Assembly (NCBI RefSeq): GCF_001545095.1
Contig: NZ_CP013213.1
Location: 780,001 to 812,000 of the forward strand
DNA: 32,000 nt
Origin: Erysipelothrix larvae
GTDB taxonomy: Bacteria; Bacillota_I; Bacilli_A; Erysipelotrichales; Erysipelotrichaceae
Direction of reading: 5' to 3'
The notes under the pieces are model-generated. The model made no database searches. It saw nothing but the letters and a program-made list of their open reading frames with translations, and was not told where the DNA came from. Shown here piece after piece: positions 16,898-25,084 of the stretch. A program made the translations under genes and the position numbers. Each line of letters opens with the position of its first letter. The stretch's first letter is position 1.

Positions 16898-16935
16898 CCA
16901 CTCACAAACCCTTATATCTAGTACATTAGGAATTA

Positions 16936-17009
16936 TCAAAACGTTAATTTTTTATTACATGTTTTGTACTCAAGGCCCACTATCTAGTGGGTTTTTTGAT
17001 GTTTAGATA
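16936..17009 (+). repeat. attR: right copy of the island-bounding direct repeat
   Basis: See attL. Contains TCAAAACGTTAA (a pseudo-3' end of rpsI) plus a variant terminator hairpin. Confidence 0.85.
16972..16997 (+). terminator. Second copy of the rpsI-type terminator (attR copy)
   Basis: AAGGCCCAC / GTGGGTTTT stem (two G-U pairs) followed by a T run. No gene lies immediately upstream of it. Confidence 0.6.
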
Positions 17010-17278
17010 TCGTAGAAAAACAGCATAAAGTCCCCTTTAAGAAGCACCAAAGCAGTGGAATTAACCATCACAATGTGCCCAGTTGAATGAACATGAACAC
17101 TCAGTGAACCTAAGACAATTCAACTTCATCATTTTATCGAAAGTTTTTATATTAATTGTATATTCATGCATTTGATCGGCTATAAAATGTCGCTTTACAC
17201 ATATTGTCAAATAAAAACTGGCTAAAGATAAACACGTGTAACAATCCAAACAAATGCTTTAGGGTGTAGAATATGTAT

Positions 17279-17322
17279 AAAAAAAGACAACAAGCACGTT
17301 TTGATTTTGAGCTTGTTGTCTT
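17279..17322 (-). terminator. Rho-independent terminator of the PTS EIIC gene
   Basis: AAGACAACAAGC (17284-17295) pairs with GCTTGTTGTCTT (17311-17322). A 7-T run follows on the minus strand. It lies 20 nt downstream of the stop at 17342. Confidence 0.8.
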
Positions 17323-17341
17323 AATGGTTACACGTTTTATA

Positions 17342-18628
17342 TTATTTCGCGATAAGTTTTTGTTCATCGGCGAGTTGCTTCTTGTCCATTGTTTTGAAGA
17401 ATGGATAATAGAGACATAAATCAAGTGCTAGAATCATAAATTGAAGAAGAATTGCACCAATATTCCAATTCGTTGCGATGGCACCACTTAATCCAATAGG
17501 CATGGTCCAAGATGGGTTAATTCCCACAGGTCTTGCGACAAGGTTAAAATTCATCAATGTATACACTACAAGAAGATTAATCACTGGAACAAAGATATAT
17601 GGAATCAACATGACAGGATTCAAGACAATTGGAACACCAAACATAAGAGGCTCGTTGATATTGAATACCGATGGTACGATACTAAGTTTACCCATTGTTT
17701 TCATTTGTTTACTCTTTGAGAAAAATGCAAGCAAGATTGCGAGTGCTAGTGTAGCACCGCCACCACCGAGCCATACAAAATTCATCATAAATGGATAACT
17801 TATAATATTAGGAATCTGTTTTCCTGCTTCAAACGCGAGTCTGTTTGCGTCCATGAGAGAAAACCAAATTGGATACATCACGGCACCAATCAAATCAGTT
17901 CCGTGTATGCCTAAGAACCAGAAGACAGATGAGAGAATAATCGCAACTAAAGTACCACCAAGGCCACTACCAATTCGAGTGAGTGGGATTCCGATTAATG
18001 TTGTTACAACATCATGAAGTCCTTGTGATCCTGTTTGACGTGCAAAGTAATCAAGAAATGCCCAAATAAAGAGAATTGCGAATCCAGGGATAATGGATGA
18101 AAAAGCAGCACTAACCCCCGAAGGTACTGTTTCTGGCATTTTAATTGTCCAGTCCATTTTCACGATGAAGCGATAAATTTCTACACTCACAAGTGCAAGC
18201 ACGATTGCGCTAAATAATCCACCACTGCCAAGTTTTGAATAGTCAATACCACTCAAACCCTCACCATCAAGTACAGATGGCGTAATGATGATAAATGCAG
18301 ATAATGAGATGATTCCTACGGAAACGTCGGGAAGACCATATTCTTTTGCAAGATTATAGGCTACACCAAATGCAACAACAAGTGCCATTACCCCAAAACT
18401 ACCATTTGTAATTTTACTTAATACACCCCCAACATTGCCAAATTTAGTCAATGTTTCAGTCCAATTTGGGATGGGTAAATTTCCAATTACCATTGATAAT
18501 GATCCAATGATTATCAATGGCATTGCCATCGACATCCCCAAGAAAACAGCGTGGAAATGTTTTTGCCCTTGCAGTTTACCTGCATAAGGCAATATTTTTT
18601 CTTCTAAAAACGTATTAATTCTTTCCAT
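17342..18628 (-). CDS. PTS lactose/cellobiose-family EIIC permease
   Basis: The ORF track gives 17342-18658. The ATG at 18628 follows TAGGAGGAAAT. The protein starts MERINTFLEEKILPYAGKLQGQKHFHAVFLGM..., the typical CelB/LicC-type EIIC N-terminus. About 10 TM segments. Confidence 0.85.
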   Translation of the reverse strand: MERINTFLEEKILPYAGKLQGQKHFHAVFLGMSMAMPLIIIGSLSMVIGNLPIPNWTETLTKFGNVGGVLSKITNGSFGVMALVVAFGVAYNLAKEYGLPDVSVGIISLSAFIIITPSVLDGEGLSGIDYSKLGSGGLFSAIVLALVSVEIYRFIVKMDWTIKMPETVPSGVSAAFSSIIPGFAILFIWAFLDYFARQTGSQGLHDVVTTLIGIPLTRIGSGLGGTLVAIILSSVFWFLGIHGTDLIGAVMYPIWFSLMDANRLAFEAGKQIPNIISYPFMMNFVWLGGGGATLALAILLAFFSKSKQMKTMGKLSIVPSVFNINEPLMFGVPIVLNPVMLIPYIFVPVINLLVVYTLMNFNLVARPVGINPSWTMPIGLSGAIATNWNIGAILLQFMILALDLCLYYPFFKTMDKKQLADEQKLIAK

Positions 18629-19622
18629 ATTTCCTCCTATTATGATGATGAAAATCAATTGTTTGACGCATCATCACAATTCTTATAATTCCTATGAATA
18701 GTTATCTTTATACCCCTTAAAGTATATAAAAATTCATGAATGAGTCGGTGTAAGCAAAAACATAATTTGCAGTGTTACACATGATGTCACGATAAAAAAC
18801 GAATGAAATGTGTTTTTTATCGTATCCCGTTAATGAATACATTAAGATGTATCCATTAAATAGCAAAAAACAAACAAAGGCTTTCATTCGCCATATCAGC
18901 AATTTTTTAAACTATCCATTATTCGTTTGATTGTCTCTACATATACTGCATCGTAAAGTTCTCTTTGTAATGGTGATGAAAACAATGGTTAATTCATCAA
19001 TAAAAGCTGCATTAGTGTCAAGAACTCTGGTTTTCTTTACAATGAAGAGACGAGCTGGAGGTGATAATCACCTTACACTCATATCATAACACTTTATTGT
19101 ACTTCACCTTTGCTTTGTATCAGAAAAGCCTATTGATGCTCTCTATATCACATTTATTTATTGTTATAAGCTGTGATTCATTTGGATCAAATAAGTGGAT
19201 AGATGGGGGTGTGAAGTGATATTATGACGCAAATATGATCTTAGAATCAAACTTTTTGATGCTTCTTGATGTTGAATAAGTGAAAAGCGTACAGATCATG
19301 AATCGAATCGTATTAAATAAATGATGATGCTTTGGGCAGATACATAAAGTTAATCTGACAAGAACTCATAAAAATCGCATAATTGCGTCTCGACGATGAA
19401 GATGCAGTGGATGATGTTATCAAGACAATGAAATAACGGAAGCAAAAGGGGTACGTATTGGCCGTGTTGTCAACGATACTGGGACCGTTTGTAAGCTGTT
19501 AAATGCGACTTAAACCCAGCACAACTCTTCAACTGATTGATACGCGCTCAAAAAAGCACAAGGGTCATAACCATTGATGAACTAAAAAGGGGTGCTATAA
19601 TAAATTTAAGGAGTGAGTATAT

Positions 19623-20048
19623 ATGAAAGATAGAATACGACGCGTTATCAACAATCATCAATTATCTTGTGAACATACCAGCAAGTACTACTATATTTTA
19701 CGAGGGTTTAAACCCCTTATGGGAGCTGTAGAAATCCCCGTAAAACCTTATGCAGATTCTTTGGATCCTAAAGAAAATCGGTACATTCTCGAAGAAGATC
19801 TTCCAAACCATGATGCTCATGAATTTGAAGGCTTCGACGTATGGACTGTTACCTTTAATCTGTTTGACGATAAGATTCTTGATGAAAATGGCCAGTTGGT
19901 TGATTTAAACCCCTTAACACTGCCAGTTCGATTTAAAAACCTGAATATTTTCAATGAAATTAACCCATTAACAGGAATTGTGGATAATCTGGAACTGGAT
20001 AATGACGACCGTCTTGATTACTTAAAGGCAATTGGATTCTTAAAATAA
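19623..20048 (+). CDS. Hypothetical acidic cytoplasmic protein (141 aa)
   Basis: Clean ORF with SD AAGGAG 8 nt upstream and its own terminator. I recognise no family motif. Confidence 0.6.
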   Translation: MKDRIRRVINNHQLSCEHTSKYYYILRGFKPLMGAVEIPVKPYADSLDPKENRYILEEDLPNHDAHEFEGFDVWTVTFNLFDDKILDENGQLVDLNPLTLPVRFKNLNIFNEINPLTGIVDNLELDNDDRLDYLKAIGFLK

Positions 20049-20075
20049 AGCACCCAAATCGGTGCTTTATTTTTT
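20047..20075 (+). terminator. Rho-independent terminator
   Basis: AAAGCACC / GGTGCTTT stem, loop CAAATC, followed by a T-rich tail. Confidence 0.8.
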
Positions 20076-20154
20076 ACAAACACTATCTTGTTTGACAATA
20101 TAGTAAGAATCGTTTATACTACCACTATATTGCAATACAAGAGAGGTGGTTTTG

Positions 20155-20484
20155 ATGGATGTATCACAAATGCTCAAAGGAATTCTAGAAGGCTGTATCT
20201 TGGAAATAATCTCAAAAAAAGAAACCTATGGCTATGAAATGACCACGCATCTAAAAGAAGCAGGACTTACGGTTAGTGATGGAAGCATCTATCCACTCCT
20301 TTTGAAACTTCAAAAAGAAAAATTAATTGAAGGTGAGATGAAGCCTTCAAAAGAAGGTCCGATGCGAAAGTATTATCATCTTACGGACAAAGGAAATCAA
20401 TCACTTCGTGAATTCAAATTGAAATGGAATACGATAAGAACGGGTGTTGACCAATTAATGGAGGGAAATCATGGAACCCAATAA
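20155..20484 (+). CDS. PadR-family transcriptional regulator
   Basis: The ORF track gives 20146-20484; the ATG at 20155 follows GAGAGGTGG. The sequence ILEGCILEIISKKETYGYEMTTHLKEAGLTVSDGSIYPLLLKLQKEKLIEGE...RKYYHLTDKG is the PadR winged-helix signature. Confidence 0.9.
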   Translation: MDVSQMLKGILEGCILEIISKKETYGYEMTTHLKEAGLTVSDGSIYPLLLKLQKEKLIEGEMKPSKEGPMRKYYHLTDKGNQSLREFKLKWNTIRTGVDQLMEGNHGTQ

Positions 20485-21280
20485 ATTGATAAGACTTAAT
20501 CATATAATGCAAGAGAAACTTAATGAAACCAATCGTGGTTATTATGATGTAGTATTAACTAAGGTAAGGTTTTCATTTCGAGATGAAAAACAATCGGAGG
20601 AAACATTGTATGAAGTGCTCACAGATCTCGTGATGGCTCAAGAACAAGGCATTGATGGTCAAACGTTCTTTGAAATGGCGCCTGAAACGCTTGCCCAAGC
20701 AATCATTGAAAACAGTGAGAAGATGAAACGAAGGGAACTCATAAAGATTGTGATGCCGGGTTTTCTAGTCTATATCCAACTTGCAATTACAACTCGAATC
20801 TTCCATGAAAATATTCAGATTGGACGAGTCCAACTCCCTTTTGAACTCATTTCTGTTGGAATCGGTTTGTCTTTACTACTCTATAGTGTTGTTAAAATGA
20901 GTCGAAAAAGCTACGTAAAAGCCACCATCGGTATTGTTTGTTTACTCTGTGTTGTTTTTCTTTGTGGGTTTATCCTGTTATCACAAAATAAACAGGATTA
21001 CATGCTCTTAGACCATAAGACCTATGGTTGGGTGATTGCTGTCATGAATTGTGTATTGATTGCATTTACAATAAACCAGGATAAACATGTGGATCTAATT
21101 GCAAATCTTTGTTCAATCTTATGTGTATGTGTAGGGGTTTTGGGAATCATAGGTGTGATAACACAAGCGCTCAATAACCGCATGCCTTGGCTCGTGTTCG
21201 CATTTTTAGGGGTGTACTGTGTGATGTATTTTATAAAATCTGTACACCATCTTACAACCCTTATCAAAGCACGCACGTAA
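20471..21280 (+). CDS. PadR-associated integral membrane protein (DUF1129-like layout)
   Basis: 269 aa, overlapping the padR stop by 14 nt. A soluble N-terminal ~85 aa is followed by about 5 TM helices. The family label is tentative. Confidence 0.6.
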   Translation: MEPNKLIRLNHIMQEKLNETNRGYYDVVLTKVRFSFRDEKQSEETLYEVLTDLVMAQEQGIDGQTFFEMAPETLAQAIIENSEKMKRRELIKIVMPGFLVYIQLAITTRIFHENIQIGRVQLPFELISVGIGLSLLLYSVVKMSRKSYVKATIGIVCLLCVVFLCGFILLSQNKQDYMLLDHKTYGWVIAVMNCVLIAFTINQDKHVDLIANLCSILCVCVGVLGIIGVITQALNNRMPWLVFAFLGVYCVMYFIKSVHHLTTLIKART

Positions 21281-21326
21281 TAAGGGTTTCTTTTTCACTG
21301 AAAACTAAAAAAATATACCCATACTG

Positions 21327-21358
21327 AAACTACGATTTAAAAATGTCGTAGTTTTTTT
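21327..21358 (+). terminator. Rho-independent terminator
   Basis: AAACTACGA / TCGTAGTTT stem followed by a T run. Confidence 0.8.
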
Positions 21359-21629
21359 GCTGTAGAGTGAAAATCAATGTCTATAAGTTAAGATAATAGC
21401 GGACTTAATAAATGAGTGAAACCCTATCATTATAACAATATATATAAGCGACTTCTATAATTCTGAGATTTTCTGATAAGCATCTATTCTACCAAGTGTT
21501 TAAGCACTTAATAGACGATTTAATAGTGTTTTGAATTACAAATCCATACCTTGAACTATGACTTTTTATCGCTGAAATTGAAATAACATCCTTTATAAAA
21601 TCCCCTTATATGATATAACCTTCTCTATT

Positions 21630-21657
21630 TTACTAAGCTATAAGCGGTGCTTATAAT
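21630..21657 (+). promoter_or_regulatory. Candidate promoter of the 2-oxoacid dehydrogenase operon, with a palindrome over the -10 box
   Basis: TTACTA (21630-21635), a 16-nt spacer, then TATAAT (21652-21657). The inverted repeat TATAAGC-GGT-GCTTATA (21639-21655) overlaps the -10 box. Confidence 0.4.
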
Positions 21658-21766
21658 GAAGATGTAATGAGATGATCATCGCATTTAATGGACTTTATTC
21701 ACCAAAATGCACAATTTATTTGCAGCACTTTTTAGTGCGCACTTTTCAAAGGAGAAAGGAAGCAGT

Positions 21767-22864
21767 ATGTCAAAATTAATCGATTTTAAGAAAATACTGA
21801 AGCAAACAAATCCTGATGTAAAACCCTTTCAAATCATGGATGAGAAGGGTGACATTGTGAATGACGCCTTCATGCCAGATCTTAGTGATGATCAGTTAAT
21901 TCAGATGATGGAAGTGATGGTTTGGGGACGCGAATATAATAATCGCGTCAGTATATTAAGTCGGCAAGGTGTGCTTGGAAATCTGCCACCAACAGAAGGG
22001 CAAGAAGCAAGCCAACTCATCTCGCAGTATGCATTAGAAAAAGGAGATTGGCTGTTACCATCCTATCGCGATGTCCCCCCAATGATTCGCCATGGCGTGA
22101 AAACACGTCAAGCAATCAATTGGTATAACGGACATACTGATGGGTTTAGTTATGACAAATCGGTGAAATCATTTCCACCACAAGTCATTATCGGTGCACA
22201 AATAATCCAAGCAGCGGGCGTTGGATTAGGGTTAAAACTCGATGGACAGAAACACGTTGCATTGACCTACATCGGAGATGGCGGAACATCACAGGGCGAT
22301 TTCTACGAAGGTCTTAATTTCGCAGGAGTCTATGATGCACCCGTTATCTTCGTCGCTCAAAACAATGGGTATGGTATCTCTGTTCCACGATCTTTCCAAA
22401 CACGATCTAAAACATTGTCTCAAAAAGGAATCGGTGTGGGGATTGCGCATTTATTTGTTGATGGAATGGATCCTTTTGCGGTTTATGTTGCGACGAAATC
22501 CGCGCGTGAGTATGCAGTATCAGGACAGGGTCCAGTACTTCTTGAGTTTTTAACGTTTCGGTTTGGACCTCATACACTCAGTGATGACCCACGTCGATAT
22601 CGTGAACATGAAGAAGTGGAACAATGGCGGTCAAAAGATCAACTAGTTCGCATGCGAAAATTTTTAGAACGCAAAGGATTGTGGACCCAAGAACACGAAG
22701 ATGTGATCAAAGAAAAGACACAACATGAAGTTAAAGAAGCATTGGATGCATCCAGAAATGTGGAAAAACAAACGGTGTCCGGTTATCTAGAATCTATGTT
22801 TGAAGTGATGCCTCAGACAATCAAAGAACAATTTGAATTTTATAAAGCAAAGGAGGGGCAATAA
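21767..22864 (+). CDS. pdhA: 2-oxoacid dehydrogenase E1 component alpha subunit (PdhA-like, TPP-dependent)
   Basis: The ORF track gives 21707-22864; the ATG at 21767 follows AAAGGAGAAAGGAAG. TPP motif GDGGTSQGDFYEGLNFAGVYDAPVIFVAQNNGYG. Overall collinear with Bacillus PdhA (FQI.DE.G..VN....PDL.DDQL ... EQFE.Y). The gene symbol is tentative because substrate specificity could be branched-chain. Confidence 0.88.
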   Translation: MSKLIDFKKILKQTNPDVKPFQIMDEKGDIVNDAFMPDLSDDQLIQMMEVMVWGREYNNRVSILSRQGVLGNLPPTEGQEASQLISQYALEKGDWLLPSYRDVPPMIRHGVKTRQAINWYNGHTDGFSYDKSVKSFPPQVIIGAQIIQAAGVGLGLKLDGQKHVALTYIGDGGTSQGDFYEGLNFAGVYDAPVIFVAQNNGYGISVPRSFQTRSKTLSQKGIGVGIAHLFVDGMDPFAVYVATKSAREYAVSGQGPVLLEFLTFRFGPHTLSDDPRRYREHEEVEQWRSKDQLVRMRKFLERKGLWTQEHEDVIKEKTQHEVKEALDASRNVEKQTVSGYLESMFEVMPQTIKEQFEFYKAKEGQ

Positions 22865-22866
22865 GC

Positions 22867-23847
22867 ATGGCTACAAGAAATATGGTCGAAGCAATTACTA
22901 GTGCATTGGACGTTATGTTAGAAGACGATGAAAAGATTCTTGTGTTTGGTGAAGATGTTGGGAAAAATGGCGGAGTTTTTCGTGCTACGGATGGTCTTCA
23001 AGAAAAACATGGTGAACGTCGCGTATTCGATACACCTTTAGCTGAATCTGGAATCTTAGGATTATCCATTGGATTGGGTGCTGTTGGATATAGGCCAGTA
23101 CCAGAAATCCAATTCTTTGGATTTGTGAGTGAAGCGATTGATTCGCTTACCAATCAAATGGCGCGGATGAGATTTCGAACAAACGGAACCTTAACCTGCC
23201 CAATCACCTTGCGTAGCCCATTTGGAGGCGGTGTCGGAACACCAGAAATCCACTCCGATAGTTATGAAGGATTTATCGCGCAAATGCCTGGAATCCGAGT
23301 TGTTGTTCCTTCAAATCCTTACGATGCAAAAGGCCTGTTGATTGCATCAATACGGAGCAATGATCCCGTTGTATTTCTTGAGCATTTAAAGCTTTATCGC
23401 GCAGAGAAAATGGAAGTTCCAGATGACATCTATGAAGTACCACTTGATAAAGCAAACATCGTCAAAGAAGGGCATGATATCTCAATTGTTGCATATGGTG
23501 CAATGGTTAAAGAAGCAATCAATGCTGCGACAATTCTAGAAGAAATTGGCGTGAGTGCAGAGGTTGTAGATTTAAGAACCATCGCTCCTTTGGATATTGA
23601 AACGCTCCAACAGTCTGTCTCAAAAACAGGCCGATGTATAGTGGTTCAAGAAGCACAACGTCAAGCAGGTGTTGCAAGTCATGTAATGTCAGAGCTTGCG
23701 GAAAGACTGTTCTTAGATTTAGAAGCCCCCCTATCAAGAGTAACTGGTCCAGATACAACATACCCATTCCCTTTAGGGGAAAGTATGTGGTTACCCAATG
23801 CCCATGATATCGTGCGTAAAGTACAAAACATAATGGAAAACTATTAG
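22867..23847 (+). CDS. 2-oxoacid dehydrogenase E1 component beta subunit
   Basis: 326 aa starting MATRNMVEAITSALDVMLEDDEKILVFGEDVGKNGGVFRAT.GL, the typical E1-beta N-terminus. Starts 3 nt after E1 alpha. Confidence 0.92.
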   Translation: MATRNMVEAITSALDVMLEDDEKILVFGEDVGKNGGVFRATDGLQEKHGERRVFDTPLAESGILGLSIGLGAVGYRPVPEIQFFGFVSEAIDSLTNQMARMRFRTNGTLTCPITLRSPFGGGVGTPEIHSDSYEGFIAQMPGIRVVVPSNPYDAKGLLIASIRSNDPVVFLEHLKLYRAEKMEVPDDIYEVPLDKANIVKEGHDISIVAYGAMVKEAINAATILEEIGVSAEVVDLRTIAPLDIETLQQSVSKTGRCIVVQEAQRQAGVASHVMSELAERLFLDLEAPLSRVTGPDTTYPFPLGESMWLPNAHDIVRKVQNIMENY

Positions 23848-23857
23848 GAGAAACACG

Positions 23858-25081
23858 ATGGTCTATAAATTTGAACTCCCAGATTTAGGAGAAGGGATAA
23901 CAGAAAGTGAAATCTTAGAGTGGTTTGTAAAAGAAGGGGATGTTATTAAGGCGGATGATCGGCTTTTAGAAGTTCAAAATGACAAAACCTCGATTGAAGT
24001 TCCATCACCACTTAGCGGTACAATTAAACACATTCATGTAAATGCCCATGATATCGCAAAAGTTGGGCAGGTACTTGTAGAAATAGAAGGTGAACATCTT
24101 GAAAGTGAAACACAAGCAGTGGATGACAACGAATCGAATGAAACAATTCAAAAAACAAGTAACAACAGTTACACATCATCTGTCAAAGCAAAAGCGATCC
24201 CATCAGTAAGAAAATATGCTCGAGAAAAAGGGGTTGTGCTTAGTGATGTCACACCAACTGGGAAAAACAATCGGGTGACGATGGCGGATATTGATCGTCA
24301 TATAAAAAACGAAAACCAAAGGGTCCCTAGTGTGATTACACCAAAACCTATCGTCACAATTCCAGATGAACATCACACAAGAAATATAGAGCCAATGAGT
24401 GCAATGCGAAAAGCAACGATGCATGCATTAATTGAGTCAACACGAATTCCAACAGTCACAATCTTCGCGGAAGTAAATGTTGATAAATTGATTAAGCATC
24501 GGAATGCGTATAAAGAATATGCACTCGATATGGAATCAAATCTTTCTTATACAGCATACTTTGTCAAAGCGGCGGTCACAATGCTTAAAGCACATCCAAT
24601 TTTCAATGCAAAGATTGACGTAGAGAAGGAAGAAATTGTTTATAAAGATGCCATTAATATCGGTGTCGCAACGAATACACCAAGAGGGCTGTATGTCCCA
24701 AATATCAAACAGGCAGATCGAAAAAATCTACTCGAAATATCCGATGAAATCGTGAAAAATACACGTTTAGCTCACGAAGGAAAACTCAGTCAAGAACACA
24801 TGAATAATGGTTCATTTACCATTACGAATGTTGGGGCATTTGCTCAAGATAGTGTGTATGCAACACCAATTCTAAACACGGATGAAGTAGGTATCATAAG
24901 CACCTCCCGCTTTGAAATGAAAACGATCGTTTGTGAAGATATGAGTGTTCAAGTGGCACCGATTATGAAACTTTCATTCACATTTGATCATCGAATTGTG
25001 GATGGTGTCGATGCACAAAAAGCATTGGAAACATTTAAACAAATCTTAAGCGATCCAAACATGCTTGGACTGAAAGGGTAA
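23858..25081 (+). CDS. Dihydrolipoamide acyltransferase E2 component
   Basis: Single lipoyl domain with EVQNDKTSIEVPSP (lipoyl-lysine), a peripheral subunit-binding segment AIPSVRKYAREKGV, and the catalytic DHRIVDG near the C-terminus. Confidence 0.92.
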   Translation: MVYKFELPDLGEGITESEILEWFVKEGDVIKADDRLLEVQNDKTSIEVPSPLSGTIKHIHVNAHDIAKVGQVLVEIEGEHLESETQAVDDNESNETIQKTSNNSYTSSVKAKAIPSVRKYAREKGVVLSDVTPTGKNNRVTMADIDRHIKNENQRVPSVITPKPIVTIPDEHHTRNIEPMSAMRKATMHALIESTRIPTVTIFAEVNVDKLIKHRNAYKEYALDMESNLSYTAYFVKAAVTMLKAHPIFNAKIDVEKEEIVYKDAINIGVATNTPRGLYVPNIKQADRKNLLEISDEIVKNTRLAHEGKLSQEHMNNGSFTITNVGAFAQDSVYATPILNTDEVGIISTSRFEMKTIVCEDMSVQVAPIMKLSFTFDHRIVDGVDAQKALETFKQILSDPNMLGLKG

Positions 25082-25084
25082 ATT

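Larger units (their letters stand above)
5756..17009. mobile_element. ~11.2-kb genomic island integrated in the 3' end of rpsI (decayed IME/ICE-derived element; integrase inactivated)
   Basis: Bounded by the attL/attR direct repeats. An int remnant and xis lie next to attL. Also contains a Tn916 Orf7-like regulator, a nested IS21, and accessory cargo (bacteriocin-type ABC locus and agr-like module). Core genes lie on both flanks. Confidence 0.8.

Noticed and set aside
17061-17798. ORFs 17061-17249(-), 17164-17424(-) and 17478-17798(+).
   Set aside because: The first two lie across the EIIC terminator and the intergenic region with no SD. The third is antisense within the EIIC gene.
18717-18902. 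61-aa ORF (TTG start) upstream of the EIIC gene.
   Set aside because: No SD and an implausible composition. It spans the 12-bp inverted repeat. Treated as part of the decayed or regulatory interval.
21708-21724. Sigma-54-like -24/-12 element (TGCAC-N7-TTGCA) upstream of the dehydrogenase operon. The Bacillus bkd operon is sigma-54 dependent.
   Set aside because: The GG of the -24 box is incomplete and the spacing is 7 nt rather than the required 5. No EBP/BkdR-type activator gene is nearby.
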